A stretch of DNA of 64,000 nt, from assembly GCA_030390025.1 (NCBI GenBank), contig CM059432.1, positions 63,056,001-63,120,000 of the forward strand. The letters run 5' to 3'. Made by a program: the position numbers and the translations under genes. Every line of letters starts with the position of its first letter. Position 1 is the stretch's first letter. The notes under the pieces are model-generated. The model was not told the origin of the DNA. It worked only from the letters and a program-made list of their open reading frames with translations, and did not search any database. This DNA comes from Squalus acanthias (taxonomy: Eukaryota). Shown one piece after another: positions 39,116 to 52,528 of this stretch.

Positions 39116-41673
39116 CAATGGGGGAAATATTCAATCCCTCACCACGTTGAACGTAAACCTTTACAAATAAAAATGAAATCTAAAATCTCACTATTAATAA
39201 AAAGGACATGGCTGTTTTTATCTATCTCTTATGATGGGTTTACTTAGCATCTTCAAAGGCCCTAAAATGTGTCTATTTGTGAAGCTGAAGCTTAAAACTC
39301 ATCTACCTGGTACACAAGCATGTCTATACCCAGAGAACGTGGACATATTCCTCTTCCCTCAATATAAGTGCCCTGAGACTGAGTGTGAACTGACTACCAC
39401 AATCCCACCCAAACCATCTATACTGTCAAGAACCCCAAGTTCGGCAAGATCATGAAGCTGCAGATGCATATCAGGAAGCAAATCACTAAGAATTCAATGA
39501 TCAATAGTTGACTGTTAGGTGTAAAAATGTGGGTGTAACATCGTGATTGGCACCTGCCAATCACCATGGTGCTGGGGAAACTTGTAGGATGTACAAAATG
39601 TAATTTTTTATGTGCTAACAGATTTTGTTCTTTTGCTCACACATTCTCCAATGGGAAGGAATGGAACTTGGTGCCGTACATACATAGAAATATCCTTTAT
39701 AATTTCCCTTAAACAGACAAGCAGAGCCAGTGGTTTAAAATGGATGACATTTGGGCATATGTGAACAAATTGCAAATGGTCCAATTCAGTTTCTCTGCGG
39801 ATCCCTAACAAATTATTTTGAGTAATCTTGTATGTTGCCTGCTTTGTTTGTGTTACCACAAGTTATATCATACTGTAAAGGAGAACACATTTCATTTCAA
39901 TCACTACTCCTATGATGAAATATTCAACGATCTGCATAGGTAATAGCATGCATCATAAGTGATGGAAAGTAATGATTTCTCTCATTAGAGCAACATGAGG
40001 GGAAATAAGGAAAGGCTTATCCAGGGAAGAAAACCTTGGCTTTGGTTGTGGCCCTGAAGGGATGTAGTAGAAAGTAATCTGTCAACAACTTTTCCTGTTA
40101 TTTCCCCAAACACCTAGGAAGAAGTTTTTTTGAAAATATATATGTTCAAATGAGAAGTTTTAAACATAATTTAACTTTCTGCCAGAACTAGAGGGAAACA
40201 GTATCATGCACTCCTCCATGTACTTCTGCTTCGAAATAATAACATGAACAAGTACAGTTAAAGCCGTATGGTCCCAAATCCAAAAAGAATTAAAATGTTA
40301 GATTGCAACACCCAACACTGCATCCCGTTTGTTTGGGGAGTTTCCACCACTATCAGTAACCCCTCCTCCCCCTACCCATGTCACAGTATTTGTATGCTGG
40401 TTAAAAGTTGAATATAAAGAACAACCCCTTAGCTATTTGTTGGCTGTTGCTTCTCCTACTTCTTCAGGTCTCTGCTGATTGACTTTGACTTAACCCAGAA
40501 AGGATCAGCTCTCCATTAAAGATATATGATAAGTGAAGGAAAAAACAAACAAATGACACTGAAATATGTTAGGAACAAAATTCTACTTTTATGATTCAAT
40601 CGTGTTTTTGGATAGAGAAGTCATCGGAAATACTCAAGAGACAATTCTCATGCCCTTGTACAAGCTCTGTGCAGTAAATCTCCAGATTACACAATGTGAA
40701 TAGTATTTGTTCCTTTGCAGGCACACTCAGCACATTGTAATCTTACCACATCTTTAGCAAAAAGAAGACATCCAGCTGCGGTGTTTGGGTGGATAGACTG
40801 CACGCTGTATTGCATTGGTTTAATGGAACAGACTGACCTTCTTACATTCCTATGCCTTAACTCACAGGCAATATCCATTAACAAATACTGCACTGGAGTT
40901 TTTTTCCTTTATTGTTGAGGTTTATTTTCTAAATTTTCAGCCTTTTGAACAGCTGTATACTGCATTTACAGCAACCAAATTGGCATCCAGCCATTGATAA
41001 AAGTTTTAATTATTGGCAGATGTGAAGATTTTTTAAAGGAACAGGATCTCAACTTTAGTATGAGTGGATCATGATTAAAAAAATGTCTTGTCCACTGAAT
41101 ACATAGGGCTAGAAATAGTGCTCCCTTACACCAGCTGAGCACATGCAAGTGATGAAAAGGGAGCGGAAATTCAGGATTTTGATCCCTGCATCAGTTCTGT
41201 ACCCGCACCTGGTATTGCGCTGGGTTTGTGCTAGCAGTAAAAGAGGCTTGCGCTACTTCATGTTATTATATTAAATGCACTGGGGCATTCTGGAGAGGTG
41301 TCCTGTCTTCTCTGGAAATTGCTGCATGTATCAAAATCGCTGGAACAGACCGTAGGCCTCACGGTGCACAGCCGCAGGAGAGGAGGACAGGTTATGTGGG
41401 TCAGAGAATTGGGATTACGAGGTTCAATCTCTGACCAATGCCCCCTGTGAGTACGGCTTCCCACAAGGAGCACGGGTATCATGGAATCACACCTAGTGTC
41501 AGCATGAGTTAAGATAGTCAGGAAAGGAGAGGAAAAACCAAGAAAATTGGGGAAAAAAGCCAAATGTATAGAGGACACTGTTTTACAAACGCCTGCCTTT
41601 TTTATAACATTGAAATAAGGTACTTCAAGAATACTACAAAACATAGATCTAATATTTGAACACAAAGGATATC

Positions 41674-42396
41674 GGCTCGGAATTTCCTGAAAACTCATGC
41701 CAAAACAATGGCGTAAGTACGACGTACTGCCGATTTTCAACACAAAAGATTGTGGAAATTCGGGCGTTAATGACTTACGCCCCTTTTGACACTGTGGCCG
41801 AGTTTCCTCCATCTTTTGTGCTGATTCAGTGAAACCTCTGCCGAAACCCTTCATCGTTCATTAATACAGCCCCGACATAACAGTAAAAGACCCGAAAACA
41901 CGAGTTTCTTGCAATTATGTCAGTTCTGACCCGACGTAAATTTACCCATAAAAGTTGAGGTGCTGCAGGGCTCAAAGCCATATTGGTGTTTTATAGTGAT
42001 TTTGTAATTTCTCCTGACTGAGATCTGCACTTTATTTTCTACATCTTTGAATGCTTTTTTATGGCATCAGAATCTGTTACATTATAAAGAGAAAAGGTTC
42101 CACAAATACATTTTCTTAAACATGCTGTGCCTAATGTGCATAAATGATGGTTTGATGGCTTCAAACTTTAATTTTCATACATAAAAGAAGGAATATGGTG
42201 CAACTTCTGTGCTTTCCTTGGTGCTAATTGTTTTCACTGATTTCTTCTTGTTTTATATTGGTTTTTATGTTCTAAAGCATCCTAAAGATATTCTCAGGAA
42301 ATTTCGGCCTAAGTCGCTGACGGCAAGTTTGCCATAAAGGTTGGTATAAATTTTGACGGAACTTGCCGGTTACGCTGTTTGAGGAAATTCCAGGTC
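41674..42396. mobile_element. Harbinger-type MITE
   Basis: Ends GGCTCGGAATTTCCT and AGGAAATTCCAGGTC; CpG-rich ends, AT-rich core; TSD not resolved. Confidence 0.65.
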
Positions 42397-43626
42397 GATT
42401 GGCCCAGGTCTTCCTGAAAGCCCAAGATCGGCGACATAGGACGTGATCTCACTGTCGATAACTTGCTCTACATTTACCTGAATTTCTAATTAGAATATGC
42501 TGCAGCGAGCAAGGCGGTGAATTGTAAGCGATGCGGCCATTTTCTTCCAGCGATTCGACAAATACATTAAACAGGGGGGCAATGTAAAGACTTAAAACTG
42601 ACTTGTTTGCAAAGCCAAAGTTCAACGTTCATCCAAATGTGCTACTCCGAGCAGGCCGATCTCTTCTTGGTGGAATCGGTCGGCCTGCTTCCGTTTAGAC
42701 CACGTTGTTAAATTAATCTGAGTCCTGAGATACAATGGGTCTGCTGAGCTGCAGGTGATGATGATTGGCATGGTCATGTAGGGGCAAAGAGGGCTTCTTC
42801 TCCCCCTCTTTCAAATAAAATGTCAGTCCCTCAAACAACTACCCATCCTTTCACAGACTGGCCCACGTGTAAGCTAATGCAATGGTTTTCTACAATCGTG
42901 TGAGGAATTTTTAAAGAAAACTATCTATGATCAACAAATCAGGCCACTGCCAGGCCTCCAGCGCCTTTATTTTAAAGTCTAAGTTGCAGCACCGTGAAGA
43001 CTGCCGACAATCCAGCAAAATCGCAAACGCCATTGTTTTTAATGGGGGCACAGCTATAAAAATGACCTTCCAACTGTTTTTTCCAAGGGGTAATGGTGGA
43101 TTGATGCAAAAGTCCCAGCAAAATATGGAGCGCAATAGGTATTGGCTTAAGTTGCTTACTCCATAATTTCCTGTCTTTTGCACCGTTGTAAAGTCCCGAT
43201 GATGTAGATATAACCATTACAATGGTGCAACTCCCCCAGGAAAATCTGGCCCAATGTGAGATTGATGCAAAACTAAAGAGTTGACAAATGTGAAAATCTC
43301 TAGCGATTCATATACTACATTTTTGATCATTCCGTGCAAAATAGTGGCTCAAACTAATGTTGAAAACTAAAATAAATCACTATTTTCATTTTTATTTATT
43401 TCCCTGTGGACATAAGTTCAATGCATAACCCTGCTTATAACTTGGGATCATACTTACAGACATCTAAATTAATCCTGCTGTGAGTCAGTACAAATTATTA
43501 CACAAATCTGAATTGAGAGTATGAGTGACAGCAGCATGCCCAGTATATGGTAATATAGGTACACGTCCTTGGGGAAAAGATAATTTGAGCCCAGAATTTA
43601 CACAATATGGTGTACTCTCATTTTCT

Positions 43627-44135
43627 ACCCTCTGTAAACTTGAGGTCTTCCAAAACTCTGCTGCCTGTGTCCTAACTCGCTCCAAGTCCCATTTACCCAT
43701 CACTTCTGTGCTCACTGACCTTTATTGGCTCCCAATTAAGCAACGTCTCAATTTTAAAATTCTCATCCTTGTTTTCAAATCCCTCCATGGCCTCGCCCCT
43801 CCCTACCTCTGTAATCTCCTCCAACCCTACAACCCTTTGAGATAGCTGCACTCCTCCAATTCTGGCCTCTTGCGTATCCCCGATTTTAATTGCTCCACCA
43901 TTGGCGGCCATGCCTTCAGCTGCCATGGCCCTAAGCTCTGGAATTCCCACCCTAAATCTCTCCGGCTCTCTCTACCTCTCTCTCCTCCTATAAGATGCCC
44001 CTTAAAACCTACCTCTTTGACCAGGCTTTTGGTCATCTGCCCTAATATCTCCTTATGTGGCTTGGTGTCAAATTTTGTTTGATAACACTCCTGTGAAGCA
44101 CCTTGGGACACTATATAAATACAAGTTGTTGTTGT
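43627..44135 (+). mobile_element. L2 LINE 3' fragment
   Basis: QNSAACVLT...WLPIKQRLNFKILILVFKSLHGLAPPYL and tail CTATATAAATACAAGTTGTTGTTGT. Confidence 0.9.
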
Positions 44136-44749
44136 ACTCCTGATAATTCAAAGTTGCCATTTACACAATCATTTGAATTAAGAAAATTTGAATTAAGAGG
44201 AGAAGACTGTATACTCAATTTGTCGGAAAATATTCTAGCAATGCTGAGTGGATGGGAAGACTTTAAGGCCTAAACAACATATTAATTTGAGCTAAGGGAG
44301 AAGATTTAGTGTGTGGGGATCCTACCACAGTTAGTGCTAGGAGGAGAAAAAGGCTGAGGAGAAAGAAAGCAGGTCTAGGTGATGCTCCCAGCCAGAACAT
44401 TACAGGCTGCACAGAATTCTGGCCAAGTGCCAGAGTAAACATTAGTAATAACTCAAGAAAGTCAAAACTATCAGGAGTCAAAATGAGAAAGCAAACACCA
44501 GCTTAGGAGAATGCGAGAGTTAGTCAGAGCCAGTTACAAATTAGAACTTTGAGACTAGTTCTGGGCAAGGTGAGGACAATGCAAGGATTGCAGACTTCAT
44601 TGAAGCGTGTAGAATTAAATGGACAGAGAAGGGAACACAAACTGAGGAGTGGAACAGAGAGACAGTGAGGGAATTAAAAGCACTGAGGTAAAAGACAGTG
44701 AGCAGCAGGTTGAAAGATTCTCTGCAGCAGAATAAGGTCATGAACCAAG

Positions 44750-45439
44750 GTACATACCCGTAGGGACATCGGAAATGCCGGTTTCAGGTATGCGAACTGG
44801 CATTTCCGATCTGTCAAGAACCCTCTTGACAGATCGGACGCCTGCCCTGGAGAAGGGCCTCTGCAGGTGGAGAGTTCCGCTTTCTGCAGAACCTCCGCCC
44901 GCTGAAATCACTTAAAAATCTTACGCCTGGTAAAAGCAGGCATAAGGCCTGCTTTTACCAGCATAAGAGTTTAAAAAAGTAAAAAAATTTATAATTTAAA
45001 AATACTTTTAAAAAAGGTAAGTTTATTTTTAGCCCCCTAAAAAACTTTAATTATTCTTTTCAAAAAATTAAATTTTTGTTTAAAATATTTAATTTAATGT
45101 AATTTTAACTCATTTTAAAAACGTGATTTAAAAAAAAATGTATTTAATGTTTTAGTGTCTTTTTGGGGTGATCTCCATTTATACTTTTTTGACAGGTCTA
45201 TCTGTCAAAAGTATGAAGGGGGAATTCCCTTCTCCCATTGGCTCGCCTGACCCACGTGATCCCAGGGACGCTTGCGAACCGCATGCACCCCTGGGATACG
45301 TGGGCCCTGCGCATTTCGACTGTGGAGAGGCCCAGCAGCGGAAGTGTCCTGACTTCGGGAGCCCTCAGGTAAGAGCGTAGATTTTTTTCCGATAGGAGGC
45401 ACCCGCACGCAGGAAGCCTCCTATCGGAAATTATGGGCC
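44750..45439. mobile_element. Harbinger-type MITE, left end missing (family of 36861-37543)
   Basis: Shares AAGGTAAGTTTATTTTTAGCCCC and CCCACGTGATCCCAGGG segments; right end GAAATTATGGGCC. Confidence 0.75.
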
Positions 45440-46119
45440 AATCTCTTTGAAAGTTTCTCTAATGTCTAGTTGTTGTAACTGTTTCTTACAGATTGTGCGT
45501 GTATACATGTTGCAAAGATTATGGTGATGAACTTCCTGGCCATTTTCAGCCCATTAACAATCTACAATCTACGGATTCTTTTTAGCGAGGAAATTCAGGT
45601 GGAAGTTGTTTCTGCCATTTGTGCATCTTTAAAAAGCTTCCCGGAGTTGCTTCCGGCTTTTTAACCTGTCCCGTGATCCACCCATTGAGCCATCACTGAC
45701 TCATTTGCATATGTCAGAGTGAGCGCCAGTGGTGTAACAGCTGTGAGTTTCCTGGGTTTGCACTGCTAATGCACTCTGGCTAAATTAGACTGCGATTTAT
45801 CAGGCACAGCAACTGCCAGCATCAGCTGATACAGGCGGACGTGAGGAGTTCCTGACATAGATATTGAATACAGATTTCTGCAGTTAGGAAATGCTTTGAA
45901 AGTTTTTTTTGCCATTCCGCCTACACACACCTGGACTTGCTTCTCACTGAGTCAGACCACCGGTATATGTTTGGACCCCAAAACCTCCCCCCCACCCCCA
46001 GCAAGGCTTCTCAGGAGCAGGTATTCTATTATCATTGCTGCAATGATGTGTAGCGAGCAAGCAGCTCCTCTTTGTGGCTGCAGCCTCAGTGGCAGTTGCT
46101 ACATGCTCAGTACATATAA

Positions 46120-46325
46120 GGTCCAGTGGTCTGGGGCAGAGACGGCTAAGAGGACATCTAATAGAGGTTTGTAAAATTATCAAGTGTTTTGATGGAGTGA
46201 ATAAGGAAAAATTATTTCCTCTTGTTGAGGAGTCAGCGATGAGGGATCATGAATTGAAAATGATCATTTAGAGCGTGACGAGAGACATTAGAGGAAATTT
46301 CTTTAACGCGAAGGGCAGTTGGAGT
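46120..46325 (+). mobile_element. Old CR1 fragment
   Basis: RRLRGHLIEVCKIIKCFDGVNKEKLFPL matches the CR1 ORF2 C-terminus. Confidence 0.7.
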
Positions 46326-48149
46326 ATGATATGCAAGAAACATCTCTTGTAGACAACATCAAATTCAAATTTTTGAAGGCATATCTTGCTACTAATTAGT
46401 CTCTTTCAAAATGGTTTCAAGCAGTTTGTGGTCTCTTTCCTCAGTAATTTTCTTTCGAAGAACATACCACTCAAATTTCTAAAATAAAAATTAATGAGCT
46501 TTATTTTACCTCCCGGGTGGGAGCGCGACAAATGGGAGTGTCCGCCCCCTGCGGCCCGTCCAGGAGTGGTAGGTAGGCTCGGCCAATTAACATGTTGCTT
46601 GCTGACTTCCCAACCAAAATGGCTGGGAAGTTGGAGGGAAGTGGCTGCCCGACCGTTAAAATCGGGTGACAAGGGGCCACCGATGGGGACCCAGGGGACA
46701 GTCCCCCGCACAGGGTAAGTGCTGCGGGGAGGGAAGCGCAGTCAGGGCGGAGTGGAGGGCGGTGGGTGGGAGGCCCAAGGTTTCCTTGTGGGACCCGGAG
46801 GAGCTCTCCTGCTCCTCCTGGTCCACAAGTATACAGCAGATCAGGCCCCGATGATATCATCAGGGCCCAATCTGCATACTTAAAGATGAACCCATCAGTT
46901 TGGGGCGGGTGTCCTCTCCGTCTGTAATTTGAAATTGCAGTCGGGCAGATAGGGGCGGGAAAGAAATGGGTATTACTTCAAAATGTCTCCCAGTAGATCA
47001 GAAAACCAACCACATGTGTCAAATTTCAATTCTGCCTCCTAATACTATCAATAAAGACAGTTGTGTTTAAAATGAACAGGCAGCAGTTTGGAGTAAGATC
47101 AACAAAAGGGAAAATACATCAGCAGCAGAAACAAGCCGTTCTTCTCATCTCTCCACCAGCTGGAAACTGTAACGAGCTAACTATCAACAATACTGCCCTT
47201 CATTGTCAGACTCTTTCTCTTATTTGGCCTGTATTAATGGACTACTTAGTATATTAAATATTCAGTTGTAAATAATGCAATGCATTGACTACAGGCATTC
47301 ACTAGTTAATTTAAAGCATGAGATGATGCTTGAGCTTTAAGAACTGCATTCTTTGGATTTAACAGTTTACTTTTAGTTTTCTCTGCCTACCTGACATGTT
47401 TACAACAAACCTTTTTTTTGATTTGAGCTCATGCTCAGAATTTCTGACACGAACTGACTTGCTTGTTTACATAGCTACTCGGGCTCTGATTGTATACATA
47501 GTTCCATTTACAGGTGCCTTGTGGGTGTTCAGTGTTCAGTGCGGAGCTTTAAAGGCAACAACAGATCGAAACCTCAACCAGAAATGGTTTAGAATTAATT
47601 GATCACTTTTTCTTTTACAGCACTTGCTTTTGTATCAATGATTTGTTGTCTACAGAATTATTAACTGGAAGCCTAATGTTCACTTTGAGAATGTTTTCAA
47701 TCATTTATTTCACTCCAAAAATACATTTTTCCCAGTTTGGATTTAGAATAGTGTACTGTGAAAAATATACAGGGAATGTAGTATTTGTGTAACCCTGTTG
47801 TACTTTTGGAAAAGGTATACAAGTGTTGGTAAAGATATTTTAGCATTTAGGACGCTACAATCTCCTAGACAGGCAATAAACCTTCACCTAAAGAGATGTT
47901 GGAAAACAAGCAGCTTCCCAGCCTTGAAACTTGTCTGAACAACTCCTGCAGGTAGGCAGCTTTTAGGGCAATTCAAGGCACTGCCTTCTCCTGCACCTGC
48001 CACAGGCAAGTGTCTCTGTCATTCAGAGAAATAACTTCATGCTATTGCAGGCCCTGACCTGCTGCTGCTTTACACAGATGATTATATCATCTTTCCATCG
48101 CCAGCATCGGCAGTTTTCAGCAGATGGGATAAAACAGTGCCACGCTTAC

Positions 48150-48259
48150 GTCTGCCATTGAGAATGCAGGGGGAGGGCTGAGAGGCCGACAGCATGATCC
48201 TGCTTGCAATCGTCCCCAGCTTTGTTTAGGTTGAAAGGTTGTTGTTTAAAGCAACGGAC
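48150..48259 (-). other. Possible host exon (110 bp), unverified
   Basis: Acceptor CCTGTGTTGCAG and donor GAC|GTAAGC in a ~1.8-kb stretch with no recognisable repeats. ATG at 48195 gives MLSASQPSPCILNGR, or a later ATG gives MAD. Peptide not recognised. Confidence 0.3.
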
Positions 48260-50377
48260 CTGCAACACAGGTAATTTCGGGATAGATCTACGGGGGAAAA
48301 AAACAGCACTCAAGAGTCTCCACCCATGATCTGACATAACATGAAGCTTGTAGTGTACACCTGCGGCAATGGAACAAGTGTATGAGTGCCTCGGTCTCTG
48401 TCTGAGCTCGTCCAACCTTGCTCAGCCAGCTGCAGATAGACAATCAGGTGTACAAGGCGCGTGGCACTTTCTGCGAAGATGCCAAGATAGCTCTACTGGT
48501 TGCTGCCAGAGGCATGTTGAGTCACAGTCTTTTTTTTAATCTGCTTCCAAAACTTCCTATTATTAATGTTTACTGGATAGTACATGTTGTTAGTCGTAAT
48601 TTTACACCAGCTCAATTGAAATGCAGGCAGAACACGGGCTCACTAAAGCTTTACAAACGTTCTGAAGTACAGTGCCGGACAGCAATAAAAAGGCTCAAAT
48701 GTGACAAATGACAAACTGTGTTTAAATAAAAATATGCTGTGATAGCTTTTAAACATGTTTCTGTGCTAGTTTTATGTTGTCGCTTTCAGTTCATCTTATC
48801 ACATCATCATTGCACTGGAGCAGAGCCCTGCTTGAAACTAATGAAACAGAGCAACCAATAGAGTGCAAAGCCATCCTACCTCAATGCACGTAGCAAGGCT
48901 AGGCACTATATCGAATACATTTTTTATATTTTCCCTCCCTGAATAGGAGATCGCTCCCACGCACCCAGTTATTCTAATGTGATGGAAATAGATGTACACA
49001 ATCCTTCGTAGAGTTGGTATATTGGGGTCGATTTTCATTTCTGGCATGCATCAGGCACGTGGTAGGTGTGGTGTCTCCTCTGCCTGCTTCATATCTTTGG
49101 CAGGAGGTCCGATCGATTTTTGTGATCGGGCCTTATTGAGATACAGGAGGTTAGCGAACAGCACTAATCACACCGTTTATAGGCAGCTCGCCATTTGAAA
49201 GGGCGGGAAATCCGATGGGGCAGAGACTGAAGTGGGCCTACAGCAGCACCTTAAAGAGGAGGGCTGAAAAGATCGGGGTGGGGGAGTCAACGGAGCAGTA
49301 GATTGAAGAAAGCAGGGAAATGTAAAGAGCACATCACGGAGCAAGCCGTTGAATTTATGAGAGCTTTTAAGGCTTAAAAGTCCCAAAAGTAATGAGGATA
49401 AAGTCTTACTTAGCTTACTAGATTCAATAAAGAAAAACATCTTCCCAACTAGTTGGAGGCCACGGCCTTGTCAGCCATTGAGATTTGTAGCTGATGATCT
49501 CATTCACTCCTCAATCAATACTTATGCTGCTGATGTTTACTTATCAATTATCTTGAGATTGATCCACCACCAGAATGAAAATCAGCCATGACTATGCATA
49601 ATACTGTATTCTGTCAGACTACAGACTGCACAGACTTGCTTAAGGATACCTCAGCTTGATTAGGATCTTTTGTGAGTTAGACTGGGGCTGTGCCTTGCGC
49701 TGCACTCTTCTCAGCTGAAACTAAAACTGGTAATATTTTGAAATACAAAATGTACGGTGAGTTTCATCATCAAAAGAGTTATTTCCTTCAACATTTTGAA
49801 GGCATGGTTGAAAAGCACTAGGCTAGGGGGGAATTTTAACCCACCTGCATTGGGGTGGTTGTGCAGTTAAAATAGCTGTGCAAAGAGCAGTGCCTGCTTG
49901 ATTCCCGCCTGCCGCCATCTTAACCGGACCCATTTTTTAGGCAGTCGAGGTGCCTGCCTTACTCAGATGGGAGCCTCATTAATACATGCAAATCGGGGGG
50001 TTCTATGATGCCATTCGGACCCCAATGACATTTTAATGGCCTATTGAGCGGGGTGCTGAAAGCCTCTGAAAACAGTCAGCATTTCATTTATGTCTTCTGA
50101 TTGCAGGACAAGGAAGCCCATAAAAGAAGGACATTGACATGCTATGAAGAGCCCGCCCTGGGAGTAGTGGGCTGCCTCTCCATGGTCCCCATTGGAGAGG
50201 GGCATGCAGGTGGTGGACCTGAATTTGTGGGATCCTGATATTAGGGGTTGATCATATGGTGTGTCAGGCCAGGGGGAATCTTATACATGTGTGGAGGGCA
50301 ATAATATGTTGTTGGTCATGGGGTGTTGGCAAATCTGCATGCTGGGTGTCTTGATCTGGTTCATCTGCACTTCCTTC

Positions 50378-50557
50378 AACAACAACTTCCACTTATATAG
50401 CACCTTTAATGAAGTAAAATGTCCCAAGGTGCTTCATAGAAGCGTAATCAGACAAAAAGGAGACATTAGGACAGGTCAACCAGGTAGGTTTTAAGCAGAG
50501 TCTTAAAGGAGGAGAGGGAGGTGGAAAGGCAAAGTGGTTTGGGGAGGGAATTCCAGA
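50378..50557 (-). mobile_element. L2 LINE 3' tail fragment
   Basis: CAACAACAACTT...TATATAGCACCTTT and GGAGGGAATTCCAGA match 19108-19320. Confidence 0.75.
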
Positions 50558-51117
50558 CCAGCTGAGTATTTCCAGCATTTTCTGTTTTTTGTAGGCTTCG
50601 CAAAATCCCCCAGAAACTCGAATAGGACCCTAAAGGGGGTGAGTTTTGGATCTTAACACGAATTTGGAATGGTGGGACCAAAATGAAAGAATTTGAGGTC
50701 AAGGCCTCAGTTTTGAAGACATTTTGACGGGAATCAAGGAAGGAAAATAAAGAACCTGAGGAAAATGACTTTGGATGATAAAGATACCTTTTTAAAAGGG
50801 CCATTGGGAAAACCTGCAGTCACAGAAACACAGGCTGCGGGAAGGGGTGTGGTAAGGCAGTGGACAGCTTTTGGATTTTGGGACCAAGCCAAGCTGTCTG
50901 GGAGATGTTTGCACTGCAATCCAACCAAGGAGGAAGAGCCTCATCCAAAACCTCACAAACACATTCAAAAATAAATAAACCAAGACCCCTTTTGAAATCC
51001 CCAGGTCCAGACAGAATGCTGGAAGTCTGAAAACAATAAAACTGCCAGTATACAGTTTCATAGCCCATCATCCCATCAAAACCCGATTAGCCAAGTATCG
51101 ACAGGAACAGTTTAACA

Positions 51118-51299
51118 AGCCCGCCAAAAACCTAAGACAAAAGAAGCGAGATTTGGCGGGTAGATAGAGGCCCTGTCTCAATGGAAGACATCGGTAGCCA
51201 TCAGGACAAGTTAACACTAAGTTAAAGTCATCAGACTTAATGAGCCCGCCAAAAACCTAAGACAAAGAAACGAGATTTGGCGCGAAGATAAACAGGCCT
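51118..51299. promoter_or_regulatory. Tandem ~55-bp LTR repeats, each with an inverted pair of E2F-like sites
   Basis: CCCGCCAAA at 51120 and 51245; TTTGGCGGG at 51152; TTTGGCGCG at 51276. The E2F consensus is TTTSSCGC. Confidence 0.5.
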
Positions 51300-52216
51300 C
51301 AACTGAAACCTAAATCACTTTAACACGAAAACGATTAGTAAAGCAGTTTTGGTGCGCAAAACACAATAGACCTGAACAGTATAATTGGGGGCCTATTCCC
51401 CCCAGAAGAAGGACGGAAGCGAAGAGGAGCGAAGAAAGAGAGCCACACAGGTTCGACACCAGAGCCAAGCAACAAGGAACCTTCGGAAGGCAGGCAGGCC
51501 TAAAGCCACGGGCAAGAAGACACGAGGAACCCGAGAGACACTGTGGTGGTGTCTGTTCAAGCCGTACGGTTTGTTACAACACTATACTTAAAGTTAGTTC
51601 AAGGCTGTCCAGAGAGGCAGTTTAAAGTTAGTAACAGTACCGAGGCACGCAAGGACAACACGCCACAGTAAGGGGGGGTCATCGACGGACCCGACTGGGA
51701 AAAAGGTTCCCAAACGCCTCGCAGCAATCAAGGCCCCATGAACCAACCAACACAACGCCACCGACCAACCAGGTGCGAACCAGGCCATCGCGACCACCGA
51801 AAGACCAACGCCAGGAAAAACCGAAGACACGCAAGTTTCCACACTACAAACTATTCCTGACTTACCCTTGGGAAAGATTTTCCCTAAAAAAGCTCTAAAC
51901 CCTACCTCTAACAAAGAAAAATTGGGTACTCATCTGATACAATCCAATACGCACCTTACCGCATCAGCAGACAGACCCAAACTGACCTGGAGTGCAGCTG
52001 AAGTCTTCCACCACGTCCGAGGTACGGCAGGCCCCAACAACCAAAAAACCCCAGTGAACCCCGAAATCGCGAAATACTTCAACTGTCAAGAACTGTCAAG
52101 GAGTGGTGAGCATTATTACGATAGCAAAATACTGCAGATGCTGGAAATCCGAAATAACAACAGAAAACGCTGGAAAAACTCAGCAGGCGAGGCAGCATCC
52201 ATGGAGAGAGAAACAG

Positions 52217-52253
52217 AGTTAACATTTCAGGTCAAAGACCTTTCGTCAGAACT
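52217..52253 (-). ncRNA. Minimal type I hammerhead motif, family A, with stem III variant AUGU
   Basis: AGTT-CTGACGA-A-AGGTC-TTT-GACCT-GAA-ATGT-T-AACT on -, inside the Penelope 3' end. Confidence 0.6.
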
Positions 52254-52528
52254 GGAAATAGCAGGAAATCAAATAGATTTAAGGCAAGGATAAAGCTGGG
52301 AAAAGGGGGAGGGGATGAAAGAACAAAAGGAGAGATAAAGAGACATTAAGAGATATTCAAGGCAAGAGGTGGTGTTAATGTGACAGGTTAAGGCTAAAAG
52401 AAGTGTGAAATGCACTGGCAGAATGAAGGACAGCTGCCAGCTTCTAGGAGGGAAAAAAAAGGGGGGGGGGGGGCGGGCAAACAAAAGGGTGGATGAAAAA
52501 ATAAAATATAAATGTGATGGGGCTAAGG

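Noticed and set aside
41258..41854. 198-aa ORF
   Set aside because: Crosses the MITE boundary at 41674 and has no recognisable motif.
51118..51299. CRISPR-like repeat-spacer array
   Set aside because: Only two ~55-bp units, inside an LTR in eukaryotic DNA, with no cas genes.
51868..52293. 141-aa ORF as an LTR-encoded gene
   Set aside because: Chimeric across the LTR/Penelope junction at 52117.
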